From: the human T2T-CHM13v2.0 reference genome, Homo sapiens
Reading direction: 5' to 3' (one strand)
DNA length: 64,000 bases
Assembly: GCF_009914755.1 (NCBI RefSeq)
Contig: NC_060933.1
The notes beneath the pieces were generated by a model, which had not been told where the DNA came from, did not search any database, and saw only the letters and a program-made list of their open reading frames with translations. Positions within the stretch are counted from its first letter, which is position 1; each line of letters opens with the position of its first letter. A program made the position numbers and the translations under genes. Shown piece by piece: positions 1 through 22,990 of this stretch.

Positions 1-987
1 GAAAGACGGGGATCTTAATTGTTTCTGCTTCCCCATGTTGCTGATGGAATTGAGTGATCCACGGAGGGATTTCAGCAGTGGTAGGCGCTCTCTCCATTGC
101 AGCGTTTGCTATGGGCTTTGCATCTATGTGTGTCCTTTGTGTTTCCGGGTTGACTGGTCAGCGGCTGATAAACATTTGTTGAATGAAGGAGTGGAAGTAA
201 ATGCATTTGTCTTCCTCCCATTGGTGTTTCCCAAATGACCTTGAACTCAGACAGGCTCTTCCTCTGCCCCACTTCCTTTGGAAGCCTCCCGGTAAAACAC
301 CCCGTTTCCCATGGCTCCCCATGGAGGGCCTGATGGGTTTGGAGACATGTTTCCATCCCCCCTATGGTTTCTAAAACATACAAATCATTCTGGCTGCACG
401 TCTGTGTTTCATTACTAGGAATGCACATTTGAAAACAACAGAGGGTGAGGTTTAAAAGCAACATGCAATTTTTATTACATATATCTCCAAATCTGCCATT
501 AGGCCCGTCCCCGTGGTGTTATTGACCTTGATTCTTTCTCATTTGCATCCTGCATTTTTCATCCTTTGGAATATGGTGTTTTGGGACTTCTCCATCATTA
601 AGTGGATTTACAGCAATTTCCCTGTGTGTTTTCTCCAAGGGATTCTGTTATGAGATGCACATTAAATCTCCATTAATACCTCATTATCCGACTGATAAGA
701 TTACCATGATAATAAGGCAGAAATTCTAATTGTTTCACTTCTTATTGTGCCTTCCATTTAATCCTTTACTCTACCTGGAAGTTGGTCACGAGCTGGGGAG
801 CACCAGGCAGAAAAAGACCTTCTGATTGGAGGACCGGAGGCTGGGACCACTGTGACCAATAGTGATTGGGGAAAGAAAGGAGGTGAAATGGTGTTTAAAT
901 GCATTTCCTAGGGAAAAAGTTTCAGGGTGGAAAGCCATCTGGAGTGGGCCTTGTTGAATTCAGAGAGTGCCTATGTTCCAGTTCAGT

Positions 988-1056
988 ACACATTCACACA
1001 TGTGCACACAGACACAACCACTCAAACACACGCACGCAAGACACACACACATGCAC
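988..1056. repeat. Short CA-rich low-complexity tract
   Basis: acacattcacacatgtgcacacagacac...acacacacac. Confidence 0.65.
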
Positions 1057-1093
1057 CCGGACTTCAAGCTTCAAGCTCAAGAGAGCCCAGATT

Positions 1094-1419
1094 CTTTTTT
1101 CTTTCTTTCTTTCTTTTTATTTTTTAGACAAGGTCTCACTCTGTTGCTCAGGCTGGAGTGCTGTGGCACGATCATGGCTCACTGCAGCCTTGACCTCCTG
1201 GAGTCAAGCAATCCTTCCACCTCAGCCTCCCAAGTAGCTGGGACCAAAGGCACATGCCACCATACCTGGCTAAGTTTTTTGTTTTCTGTTTTTTTGTTTT
1301 GTAGAGAGGGGGTCTCACTATGTTGCACAGGCTGGTCTCAAACTCCTGGGCTCAAGCGATATGCCTGCCTCAGCCTCTCAAAGTGCTGGGGTTACAGGCA
1401 TGAACCACTGTGCCCAGCC
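1094..1419 (-). mobile_element. Alu (AluJ-like)
   Basis: Alu dimer with TSD aagagagcccaga(t/a)tctt. Confidence 0.9.
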
Positions 1420-1929
1420 AAGAGAGCCCAGAATCTTGATGTCATGCTTTATTTTCCTACTGGCCTGGACCCCCTTCCAGAATGTTCCTAGCTCCAGAAG
1501 GCTGCATGAACCTCCCTTCCAGATGGATGAATTCACTGGACTGTCAGAGGGTGCTGAGCCAGCAGACCTTGGGGGTAGGGACCAGAGGGATGAAGACAGT
1601 GAGGGAAGAAGAGGCCTCTTCAAGGAGAGGCTTCGCCAGGCCCGTGTGTGAGGGGTGGTTCCCACCAGGATGTCTCTGGGTCCCCCAGGTGTGCTTGTCT
1701 GCTGCAGATCAGGTCCTTCCATCTGTTGGGGGTGGGGTGGTCCCTGGAGAACGGTCCTGGGAATGACAGGTTTCCAGGCTGTCAGGCTCAGAGTGCATGA
1801 GCTGTGCATGTGTCACCAGGAAATTCCCCAGAGCGGGGTGGCTTGAAATACCCGGGCTCCCCTCGGCCTTTATCCTGCCTCTTCCACCTGGAGAACAGCT
1901 CCCCAACTCCTGTGGGGTCCCTACCTTGA

Positions 1930-2184
<255 letters not shown>

Positions 2185-2474
2185 TGAAGGAGCATTTTCA
2201 AAGCCTCTGCAGGGGTTTGGAAGTACCTAGAAGGATGGTGACTGTCACAGCAGAGGGTCTGTGGCTTGGAGAAACAGTGCATTCCGGGGCCCAGTCCCTC
2301 AGGCGTCTGGAGAGCAGGCCAGCTGGGGGGCAGGAAGCTGAGTCCACTTCCACAGACCGATGGCAGCACCTCTGCTGGCCCGGGAGGAGCTCCACGCTCC
2401 CTGGACAATGAAAATATCCTTATGCGAATGCAGTCTCTCCACAGTCATTCTAGGTTTATGGGCAGGAATGCTGG

Positions 2475-3165
<691 letters not shown>

Positions 3166-3209
3166 CACTGCATTATCATAGCGATGTTTTTATTTAATTT
3201 AATTAATGT

Positions 3210-3880
<671 letters not shown>

Positions 3881-4036
3881 GTCCTTAACTATTTTTAAAT
3901 TGGGTTGCTTGGTTTCTTTGTTGCTGAGTTATAGGAGTTCTTTATATATTCTGGATAGTACCCCGTATCAGATATATGATTTGGAAATGTCTTCCCCTAT
4001 TCTGCAGGTTGTCTTTTTACTTTCTGGAAAATTTTC

Positions 4037-4322
4037 TTTTTTTTTTTTTTTTGAGACAGAGTCTCACTCTGTTGCACAGTGGTGCGATCTTGGCTCATTG
4101 CAGCCTCTGACTCCTGGGTTCAAGCGATTCTCGTGCCTCAGCCACAGGAGCAGCTGAGATTACAGGCATGCGCCACCATGCCTGGCTAATTTTAGTATTT
4201 TTAATAGAGACGAGGTTTCACCATATTGGCCAGGCTGGTCTCAAACTCCTGACCTCAAGTGATCCAGCCACCTCGGCCTCCCAAAGTGTTGGAATTACAG
4301 GCAGGAGCCACTGCACCTGGCC
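4037..4322 (-). mobile_element. Alu
   Basis: Alu consensus with poly-T head. Confidence 0.9.
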
Positions 4323-4504
4323 ACCAATTTTTTTCTTTGTGCTTTTGGTATTGTAGCAAAGAAACCCAAGGTCACAAGGGTTTTCTTCTGTATTTTCTTC
4401 TAGAAGTTTTGTAGTTTTAGGTTTTACATTTATGTCCATGAGCTTCTTGGATCTGTTATTTGATGTCTTTCATTAATTTTGGAAAATTTATGGCGTTTTA
4501 TAAT

Positions 4505-4645
4505 TTTTTACTTTTATTAATATAGAGATGGGGTCTCGCTATGTTGACCAGGCTGGTCTCAATGTCCTGGCCTCAAGCGACCCTCACATCTCAGCCTCCT
4601 ACAGTGCTAGGATTACAGGCATGAGCCACTGCTCCTGGCCTGGCG
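4505..4645 (-). mobile_element. Alu monomer (FLAM/AluJ left arm)
   Basis: Left-arm motifs only. Confidence 0.8.
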
Positions 4646-4789
4646 TTTTAAATTTAAATATTTCTTCCATCCATCTGATCCTTTTCTTCTTCTGGGATTC
4701 TAATTACATATATTTTTTAAGACTGTTTTATATTGTCTCCTAACTTTAGGATGCTCTGTTCTGTTTCTGTGTTTTTTTCCCTCCCCTAT

Positions 4790-5099
4790 TTTTTTCTTCT
4801 TTTTTTTCCTTAGAGACAGGGTCTCACTCTGTCACCTAAGCTGGAATGCAGGGGCACAATCATAGTTCTCTGTGGTCTCAAACTCTTGGGCCCCAATGAT
4901 CCTATGGCCTTGGCCTCCCAAGTAGCCAGGACTACAGACATGCACCACCATGCCCGGCTAATTTTTAAAAATTGTTTTGTATAGATAGAGGGTCTCACGA
5001 TGTTGCCCAGGCTGGTCTCAAGCTCCCGGCCTGTAGCAATCCTCCTACCTCAGCCTCCTAAAGTGCTGGGATTACAGGCATAAGCCACTGCTCGTGGCC
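4790..5099 (-). mobile_element. Alu (AluJ-like)
   Basis: Alu consensus. Confidence 0.85.
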
Positions 5100-5497
5100 T
5101 AGGTTCACTGATTACTTCCCCAGCTATGCTGAGTCTTTTGATGAGCCTGTCAACATCATTCTCTTTTACTGTGACTTTCATTTCTAGCATTTTATTTATT
5201 CTTTCCTATAGTTTCCATCTCTTTAATGAAATTCCCCAACTGTGGGTACATGCTACTCACCTTTTCTCCCATTGCCTTTAACATATTAATCATAATTATT
5301 AAAATTCCCTAAAAGTTCCAACATCTGGGTCATATCTCAGTCTGATTTTGTTGATTGCTTTATCCCTTGACGGTGTGTTGCTTTTCTTGCTTCTTTGTGT
5401 GTCTCGTATTTTTTTGATTGAAAGCTGGGATCTTGTATAGGATAGTAGAGACTGAGGTAAATAGCATTTACACCTGAAAATGGGCTTACTTCTTCTA

Positions 5498-6073
<576 letters not shown>

Positions 6074-6226
6074 TTAAGCTGGCTTTGGGGTTTGGTGTTG
6101 CTCTGTTGCCCTCAGGGCCCCACAGTTCTCTAGCATCACTTTGCTTAACTAACAACATCGAGCATCTCCTCATGTGCTTATTTACCATACATGTATCTTC
6201 TTTGATGTAATGTATTAGTCAAATCT

Positions 6227-6744
<518 letters not shown>

Positions 6745-7456
6745 CTACCCTCAGTTTTAGGTCTTCTCTTTGCATTTGCTCCCAAGAGAGCATCTCTCCC
6801 TGCATTCTTGCCTTTCCCCCAGCAGTAGACCCACAACTGTAACTTGTTATTAGTGATTTTAAGCCTTTTTTATGTTTTTTTTTTTTTTTTTTTTTTTTTT
6901 GCGGGGATGTTGGCGAGCTGGAATGGCATTCTCCATTATTCTGGGTCAGCTCCAGTTTTAGGCAGGAGCTGGGTCTCAGAGCTCCTTCTCCTCCCCCAGT
7001 AGCAGATGAGATCTAATAGTCTGAGCCCAGGATGTATTTCTGCCCTTCCCCTAAAATTAAGAGGGTTTTTCTGTTTGATTCCCTCACCTGCAGTGGGTCT
7101 TCCTCTGTGCCTTGAGGGCTTTTCCCACCTTGACCCCACTGCTTAAGTCTTTTGTCCCATAAAGGAGAGAATGGAAATAGAGACAGTGAGTGGAGCTTCG
7201 TGCTTTCTTGCAGGGACTGCAGGAGGCTTTCTCAGACCTCTTGCCCTGCCCCAACCTTTCTTATGAGCACCTGGTGATGTACCTAGAGAAGAACCTGAGA
7301 GTGGGTAAAAATTCTCCTTGTGTCTGCAGCTCCTGGAGATTCTATACTTCACAGTAGCTCGCACTCCACATTTAGCAAGTTGTTAAAATTTTTAGCTGCT
7401 GTTTGAGTCCATTTTCTGCTGCTATAACAGAATGCCATAGACTGGGTAATTTATAA

Positions 7457-7828
<372 letters not shown>

Positions 7829-7843
7829 AAACTTACCCTTTTA

Positions 7844-8255
<412 letters not shown>

Positions 8256-8258
8256 TCA

Positions 8259-9495
<1,237 letters not shown>

Positions 9496-10112
9496 CCAGG
9501 TTGGCTTGGCCCCATTGACGTCTCCCTCCCGCCAATCTGCAGGCTGGGTCAGGATCCTCCCAGGCCTTCGCCCCTCCCAGCACCTCCTCCCCAGCTGACT
9601 AAGATGCTGGGGTGGGTCTATTCTATTCAACATGGGTGTGACCAGCCATTAGCACAAGCTTGGAACAGAGCAGCGCTCAATGTGTGTTTGGCAAATGGAC
9701 GGGTGAATGGAGGACGGGATGATGCCTGCTTGGTGCCAGGCCCTGGGCTGGGCGCAACGAACACAGAAAAGTCAGGGAGGAGGTTTGCTGCTGCCAGAGT
9801 TGTGGCCTGTACTTATTCTCTGCAGGGCATTTGGCTAAAGGCTGGGGCCGCGGGAGGAAGGTGGAGATAAGCCGAGCCCCCAACAGCTGGGACATGCCTG
9901 GATGAATGTGTTCAGGGCCTCAGACAAACCCAGTGAGAGACCAGGCTGGAAGCGCAGGGCAGGTGAGGCCACTACTGGCCAGTGACTTGCGGAGGACTTC
10001 CTGCAGCAGGTGGCATGGGGAGGCTGGAACAGGTGGACCCCTGTGGTGGGGCAGGTGCATGCCAGACAGAGGGTGCTTCAATATATGTGTCCCTGCAAAA
10101 TTTAGATGTTGG

Positions 10113-10270
10113 GGCTGGGCACAGTGGCTCACATCTGTAATCCTAGCACTTTGGGAGGCGGAGGTGGGTGGATCACCTGAGGTCAGGACTTTGAGACCAG
10201 CCTGGCCAACATGGTGAAACCACGTGTCTACTAAAAATACAAAAATTAGCCAAGTAGTAGTGGCATGCTA
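10113..10270 (+). mobile_element. Alu, 3'-truncated
   Basis: Left arm plus linker only. Confidence 0.85.
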
Positions 10271-10291
10271 CTACCAGAACAGAATGTGTAA

Positions 10292-11069
<778 letters not shown>

Positions 11070-11237
11070 TAGGGATTTCCTTGGCTCTGCCTGGGAACAG
11101 TTTTCGTGTGACAAACCCAGTTTAGAAATGGCCAGTGAGAATGGTGGCCATCAGCAGGTCCCCATCTTGTACCCATGGCAGGAGAGGAAAGAGAAGTCTC
11201 CATGCCCTGCCTTCCTAGATCCTGCTAGCGGGCCTGA

Positions 11238-11468
<231 letters not shown>

Positions 11469-11479
11469 TAAATTGTTCC

Positions 11480-11680
11480 TTTTCATTTTTTAATTTTTAA
11501 TTTTTGGGGGTGTAGTGTAGGTGTATATATTAAATATTTCTGGGGCACACGAGATATTTTAACAGATGCATGCAATGAGTACTAATCACAGCAGGGTAAA
11601 TGGGGTATCCATCCCCTCAGGCATTTATCCTTTGTGTTACAAACAATCCAATTATACTCCTTTAGTTATTTTAAAATGTC
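11480..11680 (-). mobile_element. L1MA-type 3' end
   Basis: gggtaaatggggtatccatcccctcaggcatttatcctttgtgttacaaacaatccaattatactc. Confidence 0.75.
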
Positions 11681-11685
11681 ACTTA

Positions 11686-12658
<973 letters not shown>

Positions 12659-13205
12659 TTACCCTCCCTTTTGACCCAGCAATTCCACAACTAGAAATTT
12701 ACCCCTAGAAATAATTTGGCAAATGCAAAAAAAAAAAAAAAATGTGCACAAGGATGTTCATATAGTGGTGAGGTTGGTGGTGTTTATGAGGGCAAACAAT
12801 TGGAAGTTGCCAAGATGACCAACAATGGGATTAGAAGAGTAAAGGGTACACAGTCAGGGCTCTGGACATTCTTGAGTAAATGACTGAAATTGTGCTTCCA
12901 CTTATTTTATTCTCATACATGTCATCCTCATGACCTTAGATGTGAGCCCTGTTATTATCTCCACTTTCCAGATGAAGGAACAAAGGCTCAGAGAAGGGCA
13001 CAGACTACTGGTGGCAGGGCCAGAACTCATCCTCAGCTGGATCTGATACCAGGACCCGATAAACAAAGGAAGCCAGGAGTCTGAGTACGAATAAAGGAAA
13101 TCAGGGAGAAGCCTCCAGCGAGTCATTCCTTTGCTTATTGCCTTTATGAAGCTCTCACCCCCAGGCATGCTCTGTGCTCACAATGGCAGCCATTGCTGCG
13201 AATCC

Positions 13206-13573
<368 letters not shown>

Positions 13574-13584
13574 TAAGCAGTAGG

Positions 13585-14230
<646 letters not shown>

Positions 14231-14237
14231 TCAAAAT

Positions 14238-14611
<374 letters not shown>

Positions 14612-14928
14612 TGACAGACACACTCGCAGAAATTCATAATGATAAATATTCAAGAATGTGGATTGCCATGTTATTTGTAAGGACAAAAATTGGAGACGAC
14701 ACAGAGGTTCATCAAAGGGGAGTGGCTAAATCAGCTATGGTCCATCCACAGGGTGAATACTACCCTGGAGTAAAAGAATGGGTTGTGTGTTTCAGGTTGA
14801 ATCATCTGAAATTGCTCACATTTGACCACTTTTGACTTCTAAAATGGCAAGATGGCAATTTCAGATGAGTCAATCTAATACTATGCACTTGTATTAGAGT
14901 AGAGTGAGCTTTGGTAAGAAATAGACCC

Positions 14929-15267
<339 letters not shown>

Positions 15268-15859
15268 TCAGGGACCCAGGTTGAGGAAGCATCTGCATCT
15301 TCAACACAGGTTTTCCCAAGCCTGTTGTGTTTAACTCCATCCCAGCTGACGTCACATCTGAGCATGTGGCACAGTCCTTGGCCTATAGTGATTGCTTGAT
15401 AAATGTGTATGTGGCAGCAGAAATACTCATCATGTCTCCTTCCTTTCCAACAGAATCCCAACTTAGCACCGGCTTAAGGGAAGACTGGGTGATACATTTG
15501 GATTAATCTAAGTCATTCGCAGTGGCTCCGTTCTCTTGCCAGTGATTGATTTCCACACAGAAACTGTCAGCGCCTCACAGTGTCCATCCAGTCTTACGTG
15601 CTGACACACGGTCCCAGCTTTCGTCTCTTTGCCTGGTGGCTTTCTCTAGCAACCAGAGCTGGCTCTGTGACTGTGTGTCCTGTAGGCCGGAAGTGCCAGA
15701 AACTTAAGGCCCACCCTCCAGTGTGGCTTTCAAAGACAGACAACACTGTCTACTTGACCCCTCAGGTGTGGTAACCCCGACATGAGTGTTCCATGCTGTC
15801 ACGCAGAGCTCCCTAGTGGGATAATGCTCCAATTGTCCACAGGGGCAACTTACCTGGTA

Positions 15860-16227
15860 ACTGGCTGTTTCTCCACCCAAATCTCATCTTGAATTTTAAT
15901 CCCCATAATCCCTGTGTGTCAAGGCAGGGACTAGATGGAGGTAACTGGACCACGAGGGTGGTTTCCCCCATGCTGTTCTTGTGATAGTGAGTGAGTCTCA
16001 TGAGAGCTGATGGTTTTATAAGCATCTGGCATTTCCCCTGCTCTCACTCACTCCATCCTGACACCCTGTGAAGAAGGGGCCTGGTTCTCCTTCGCCTTCC
16101 ACCATGATTGTAAGTTTCCTGAGGCCTCCTCAGCAACATGGAACTGCAAGTCAATTAAACCTCTTTCCTTTATAAATTGCCCAGTCTTGGGCAGTTCTTT
16201 ATAGCAGCATGAGAACAGACCAATACA
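15860..16227 (+). mobile_element. THE1-family solo LTR
   Basis: ccacccaaatctcatcttgaat...catgattgtaagtttcctgaggcctcc...caattaaacctctttcctttataaattgcccagtc. Confidence 0.85.
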
Positions 16228-16229
16228 CT

Positions 16230-17040
<811 letters not shown>

Positions 17041-17052
17041 TGCCATGCACAC

Positions 17053-17173
17053 TTTTTTTTTTTTAACAGCCGAAACCAGTTCAGTCATTTATTTGACTGA
17101 CAACTTTGAGAAGGACAACAAAATTAAACATTTTTAAATAAAATTCCTATAGAAAACTCAGTCATAGGGCAAA
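17053..17173 (-). pseudogene. 5'-truncated retrocopy of an mRNA 3' end (source unknown)
   Basis: Minus strand ends AATAAA, 23 nt, poly(A)12; flanked by TSD tgccatgcac at 17041-17050 and 17174-17183. Confidence 0.7.
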
Positions 17174-17343
17174 TGCCATGCACCTTTTATTTGTTGCTTC
17201 TCCTTCCTTATTTGCCCACTCTCCTTCTCGTTTTTTCTAGGATCACCTCCCAAATCAACCATCTACACTCTGGTTCTTATCTCAGTGTCTGCTTCTGGGG
17301 GAATGCAGTCAAGGCACACATTATTTGGAAAAGATACACATAG

Positions 17344-17784
<441 letters not shown>

Positions 17785-17810
17785 TAGTAGTGTATATACT
17801 TTCATTTTTA

Positions 17811-18145
<335 letters not shown>

Positions 18146-18164
18146 TTTCCATGAAACCCCAAGT

Positions 18165-18475
18165 CATAAATTTTATGGTACACATAAAATGTGCCATTGT
18201 CAGCATTCTAAGTGTGCAGTTAGTTGGCTTTAGGGATATTCACATTGCTGTGTAACACCATCAACATCCACATCCATCACTTTCTTACCAAAAAAAAGGC
18301 TGAAACTCTGCACCCAAGAAATGCTCGCTCCCCAAACCCTCCTCTCGCAACCCCTGGCGGCCTCCATTCTACTTTCTGCCTCTATGAATTTGACATGAAT
18401 TTGACTGATCTAGGGACCTCATGTAAGTGGAATCAAAACGACAGTATTTGTCCTTTTGTGTCTGGCTTATTTCTT
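18165..18475 (-). mobile_element. L1MB-type 3' fragment
   Basis: ccattctactttctgcctctatgaatttgac...ctagggacctcatgtaagtggaatc...tggcttatttc. Confidence 0.75.
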
Positions 18476-19589
18476 GTAGTACAGTGGTTTCTTAGAGTGG
18501 TCCCAGGCTCACTCTTGTGGTCACTACCACCCACGGCCATGCTCCCTGGCACAAGACCTGCACCCACCCTGTGCAGGTGTGGCTGGTGGACGTGGCTGGG
18601 GAGCAGGGTGGGAAGCCATGGCAGGACCAGACCCTTCCTTCCGGACCAGCTGTCTGCGCTGCCCCTTCCCCGGTCCCGAGCAGAATTGCTGGGCGAGGGT
18701 TAATCAACATTCAGTCATGTTTCCAAGTTTAAATGGAGCATTTGTTTAATTATGTGTAAGTAGCAATACATTGTGGCCATTATCTAAATCACTATTTTAT
18801 TTCCTGGATGTGGTTTCATAATGCAGGGTTTCTGCTGCAGCCTAGCATCATTAACAGAGAAGAGTTAATGAATATAAAAGCGTAAAGGCTAATTACACTT
18901 TAATTTACAATCACAGTCTCATTTTGGGACCGCATGAAATCTGTTTTGAAAACAATTAAAAAAAAAAACCCACTCTTGCCCTGGTAAGTGGAGGGACCCC
19001 GGCCAGGAGCGCAGCTCTGGCTTCCATGTGGTGGCTGAGCAGCGCTGGCTGGCACCGGTCCCCGCCCTGGCGCCATTACTGGGAGGCTGACGAGGCCAAG
19101 TTCAGCGCCCTGTGACTCTGCCTTTTGTTTCCAGTAATTTTCCTCCCGCCTTCAGTGACTGCTCGTGTGGCTGCCTTTGAGAATTGGGGAACCCCATCTG
19201 GACCACCTGTGGTGTGCCCATGTTGCTTTCATGTGGCCTCACCTAGAAGGAAGCCGGTTGAAATTACCTGGCTTTTTCAAAACCAGGTGGGGAGAAGGGA
19301 GTTGAGGTCAGGGACACTGACAGTTACAGGGTTTCTGCTGTGAGCCAGTACTATGCTGGGTACTCGTACATATATTATTTATTCCTTGAAATTGCCTATC
19401 AATGGCAATTAGTCTCCCAGAAATTTGAATTAGTCCCTCTGAAATGTTTAATGGAACCACAGAATCATTAACTTTCTTAGATATAATAATGGCATATGTG
19501 GATGGCTGTCTATTTTTAGGAGATGAAAGGAAGTTTGGGGGTGAAAGGCCCTGATATCCACCACTTACTTTCAAATGGCTCAGGGAGGG

Positions 19590-19722
19590 AAAAATAATAA
19601 TAAATAATAATTATATAATAATTATTACATTATTATAATTATAATAATTAATATATTGATATAAAATATATTGGTTATAATTATGTAATTGTAATAATAT
19701 CATTATTATATATTAGATATAT
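19590..19722. repeat. AT-rich low-complexity tract
   Basis: ataataataaataataattatataata... Confidence 0.8.
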
Positions 19723-20003
19723 GGCGAGACAGAGACAAAGAGAAAGAGATAAATGGTAAAACAAAATAAGTGGGCAAACTGAATCATATTGATTCTAGGT
19801 GGAGGCTATGTATACAGGTGTTCATTGTACTTCCAACTTCTCTATGTTTTGAAAATTTTTATAATAAAAATTAGGAAGAGAAACATTTGTCCCCACAGGC
19901 CACCACAACTTGCTTTGCCTTCTTTACTTGTTAAATAAACCTCTTTTCTCCCAACTGAGAAAAGGTCCATTTGCTCAAACCCAGCCTTTGTATGATTTTA
20001 TGA

Positions 20004-20296
<293 letters not shown>

Positions 20297-20489
20297 AAGA
20301 AACTTAAAAGTGTTTTGATAGAAGAAAATAACTATGATAGAACGACTGATAAAAGTGGGGTTGAAAATTGCATATGTAGCATGATCTTGACAACGTGAGA
20401 AAAATAGATATGCAATGACAAATCTGAAAACATCACACATTTCGTTACAATTCAAACAATCATGTGCATTTTAACACAGAGGGTCTGCC

Positions 20490-20908
20490 CAGCTCACAAA
20501 TCCACGCATAGGCACCCAGGGCTTCTGCAGCCTTGTGGCTCCGCCCCCTGAAACACAGCTGATTGGATGAGAACAAGCTCTGGTACCCAAGCCGGGCCAA
20601 TCAGAATGCCCTCCCCGGGAGGTAGAAATCCCAGACTCAGTCTGCACATCTGGGAACCGTCTGGGGCAGTCTCTGTCCCAGGATTGGGAAGCTGGGTGCG
20701 GGCGAACACGGAGGAGACCCCCACACACGGAAGCAGGAGACAGTGGGGGACCCCTGGGGGGACCAGCGAGCTTTTCCTGATGCTAGCTCCAGGCCACGGC
20801 CTGCCCTGGAATTTCAGGAGACCCCCCTGTAGTGTTTAAGTTCCCTGTTGATATGTTTTGTCTGGCTTGAGTAGGTTTCTGTCACAACCCAAACAGTCCT
20901 AACTAATA
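20490..20908 (+). mobile_element. Old MaLR LTR (MLT1J/K-like)
   Basis: gattgg...acccaagccgggccaatcaga and end gtttctgtcac...cctaactaata. Confidence 0.5.
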
Positions 20909-21039
20909 GAGTGAGCATGCCTTATTTTAATAGGGCGAAGGAAAAGAATAGGAACCACGAGCGACTGCTCACTGGGCCGCACACCCCATGCCGTGCTGCG
21001 CCCCGCCTGGCGAAAAGCCCTCAGATCATGTCCGGCTCT

Positions 21040-21460
21040 CCCGCTTTGCCCTGTGTGGCGAGGCCCGCCCAGCAACTGAGTTTCCTAGGCCTCCCAGAAA
21101 GGCCAGTGGGAGACACTGGGGGTCCTCAGCGGGGTGGGAGGACGGGGTAAGCCAGGATATTTCTCCCACTCTGGCTGCGCCATGAGCAGGTGGACAGTGG
21201 CTGCGTCTCCTCGGCAGCTCGGGCTCCCCTCCAGCGGGTCCTCCCAGCCTCCAGCGTGCTCCAGGTGGTCTTGCAAACCCCATCTCTTCCTTTTGTCTCC
21301 TTGTGCTCAGGGGGAGAGTGGCTTCCTGCTATGATAATTCCTGGGTCGCTGCCCATCCTCTCTGGCTTCTCGGCTCTTCTGGTTCCTGGGTAGTTAATGC
21401 CCTGAATCGCATTTCCCCTGTTTGCACACTGTCTTCCTGGTGGGACGCTGACTGATACAC
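21040..21460 (+). mobile_element. ERVL LTR (LTR33-like)
   Basis: gccaggatatttctccc...gtggcttcctgct...ttcctggtgggacgctgactgataca. Confidence 0.55.
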
Positions 21461-21633
21461 ATAGATTATCTCATTTCATCCTCGAAACGCCCCTCTGAGG
21501 GCGGTATTAGGATCCTCACTTTGCACAGGAGGACACCAGCGCTCAGAGAAACGAAATAATGTGCCCCGAAGTCACTCAGCCTGTCCCAAAGCTCTGAATC
21601 CAAGCTCTTATCACTATATTTCACTATACTGCT

Positions 21634-21635
21634 AT

Positions 21636-21680
<45 letters not shown>

Positions 21681-21960
21681 AGGGACAGAATCTTGCTCTT
21701 TTGCTCAGGCTGGAGTGCAGTGGTGTGATCATAGCTCACTGCAGCCTTGAACTCCTGGGCTCAAATGATCCTCCCACCTCAGCCTCCTGAGTAGCTGGGA
21801 TTGCAGGCACTCGCCACTATACCAGCTAATTTGTGAAATTTTTTGTAAAGACGGTCTTGCTATGTTGCTCAGGCTCAAACTCCTGGCCTCAAGCGATCCC
21901 CTTGCCTTAGCCTCCCAAGATGGTTGGATTATAGGCATGAGCCATTGGGGTCTGCCTGGA
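21634..21960 (-). mobile_element. AluJ with (TTTA)n tail
   Basis: Alu consensus. Confidence 0.9.
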
Positions 21961-22812
21961 CTGCTTTTTAGACTCACCTCTACAGTTAGAAGGAAAAATT
22001 ATTTGAAAAACTTGCCAAAACATCCTGACCTCTAGGCTCTTTCTGCCCTCCCGAGCTGGGCTGATGCACGACTGATGAGAAGGCTCTCGGGGGCGTGGGT
22101 ACTGAAGGCCTGGGAAGGGTTCTCAGCAAGCCCAGCCTCTCCCAAGCCCGGGACAGTGCAGGGACTGGCCTTTGAGTCCCACGCTTCTCCTTATTAGCAG
22201 TGAGACCTTGGGCATGTGGCCTCCCCTCTCTGAGCCCCCTCTCTCTCCTCTTTCATATGAGAGAAGTCACATCTGGATGGTGAGGTTCCCCAGGGTCTCC
22301 CAGCTCCCAACGGAGCCTGGGACAGAACAGGCCTTGGGCAGTGATACTTGAGTGGCCTACAGTCTTTTGCCAGAGTTCCCTGGCTCTGGGGCCACAGCTG
22401 CCTGTGCACAAGTGGAGGCGGGGAGGGAGGTGGATACTGCATGAGACTTAGTTACTGTGGGCCCTGCAAGGCCCATGGGCAGCTTCACCTGCTCTACTTG
22501 TTTACTTAGGAGGTTTTTTTTTTCTTCAAAAAGAAAAAGAAAAGAAAAAGTTCATCTATCATAGCCATGAAACGTTGGGCTTGAAGGGCTGGTTATATTT
22601 TTTTCTGACATCATGAAATAAAATGCATAACTACTAAAGTAAAAATGCTCCTGGGAGATCCTGGGAAACCGCCCCTCCCACCCAGTCATTAGCAGTATGG
22701 GCTTGGGAGCCATCTGGCTCCAAATAGTGACTCACTTTGTTAGCTGGGCAACACTGGGCAGGTGGCTTCCCCCCTGCAAGCCTCAGTTTTCTTATCTATA
22801 GAATGGGATCCT

Positions 22813-22990
22813 TGGCTGGGCTCAGTGGCGCACGCCTGTAATCCCAGCATTTTGGGGGAAGGAGGCAGAAGGATCACTAGAGGCCAGGGGTTGGAGACCA
22901 ACCTGGGCAACATAGTGAGACATCCCCGTCTCTACAATAAAATAAATAAAATAAAATAAAATAAAATAAAATAAATAAAATAAAATAAAA
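22813..22990 (+). mobile_element. Alu monomer with (TAAAA)n tail, inside a MIR
   Basis: Left arm plus pentanucleotide tail. Confidence 0.8.
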
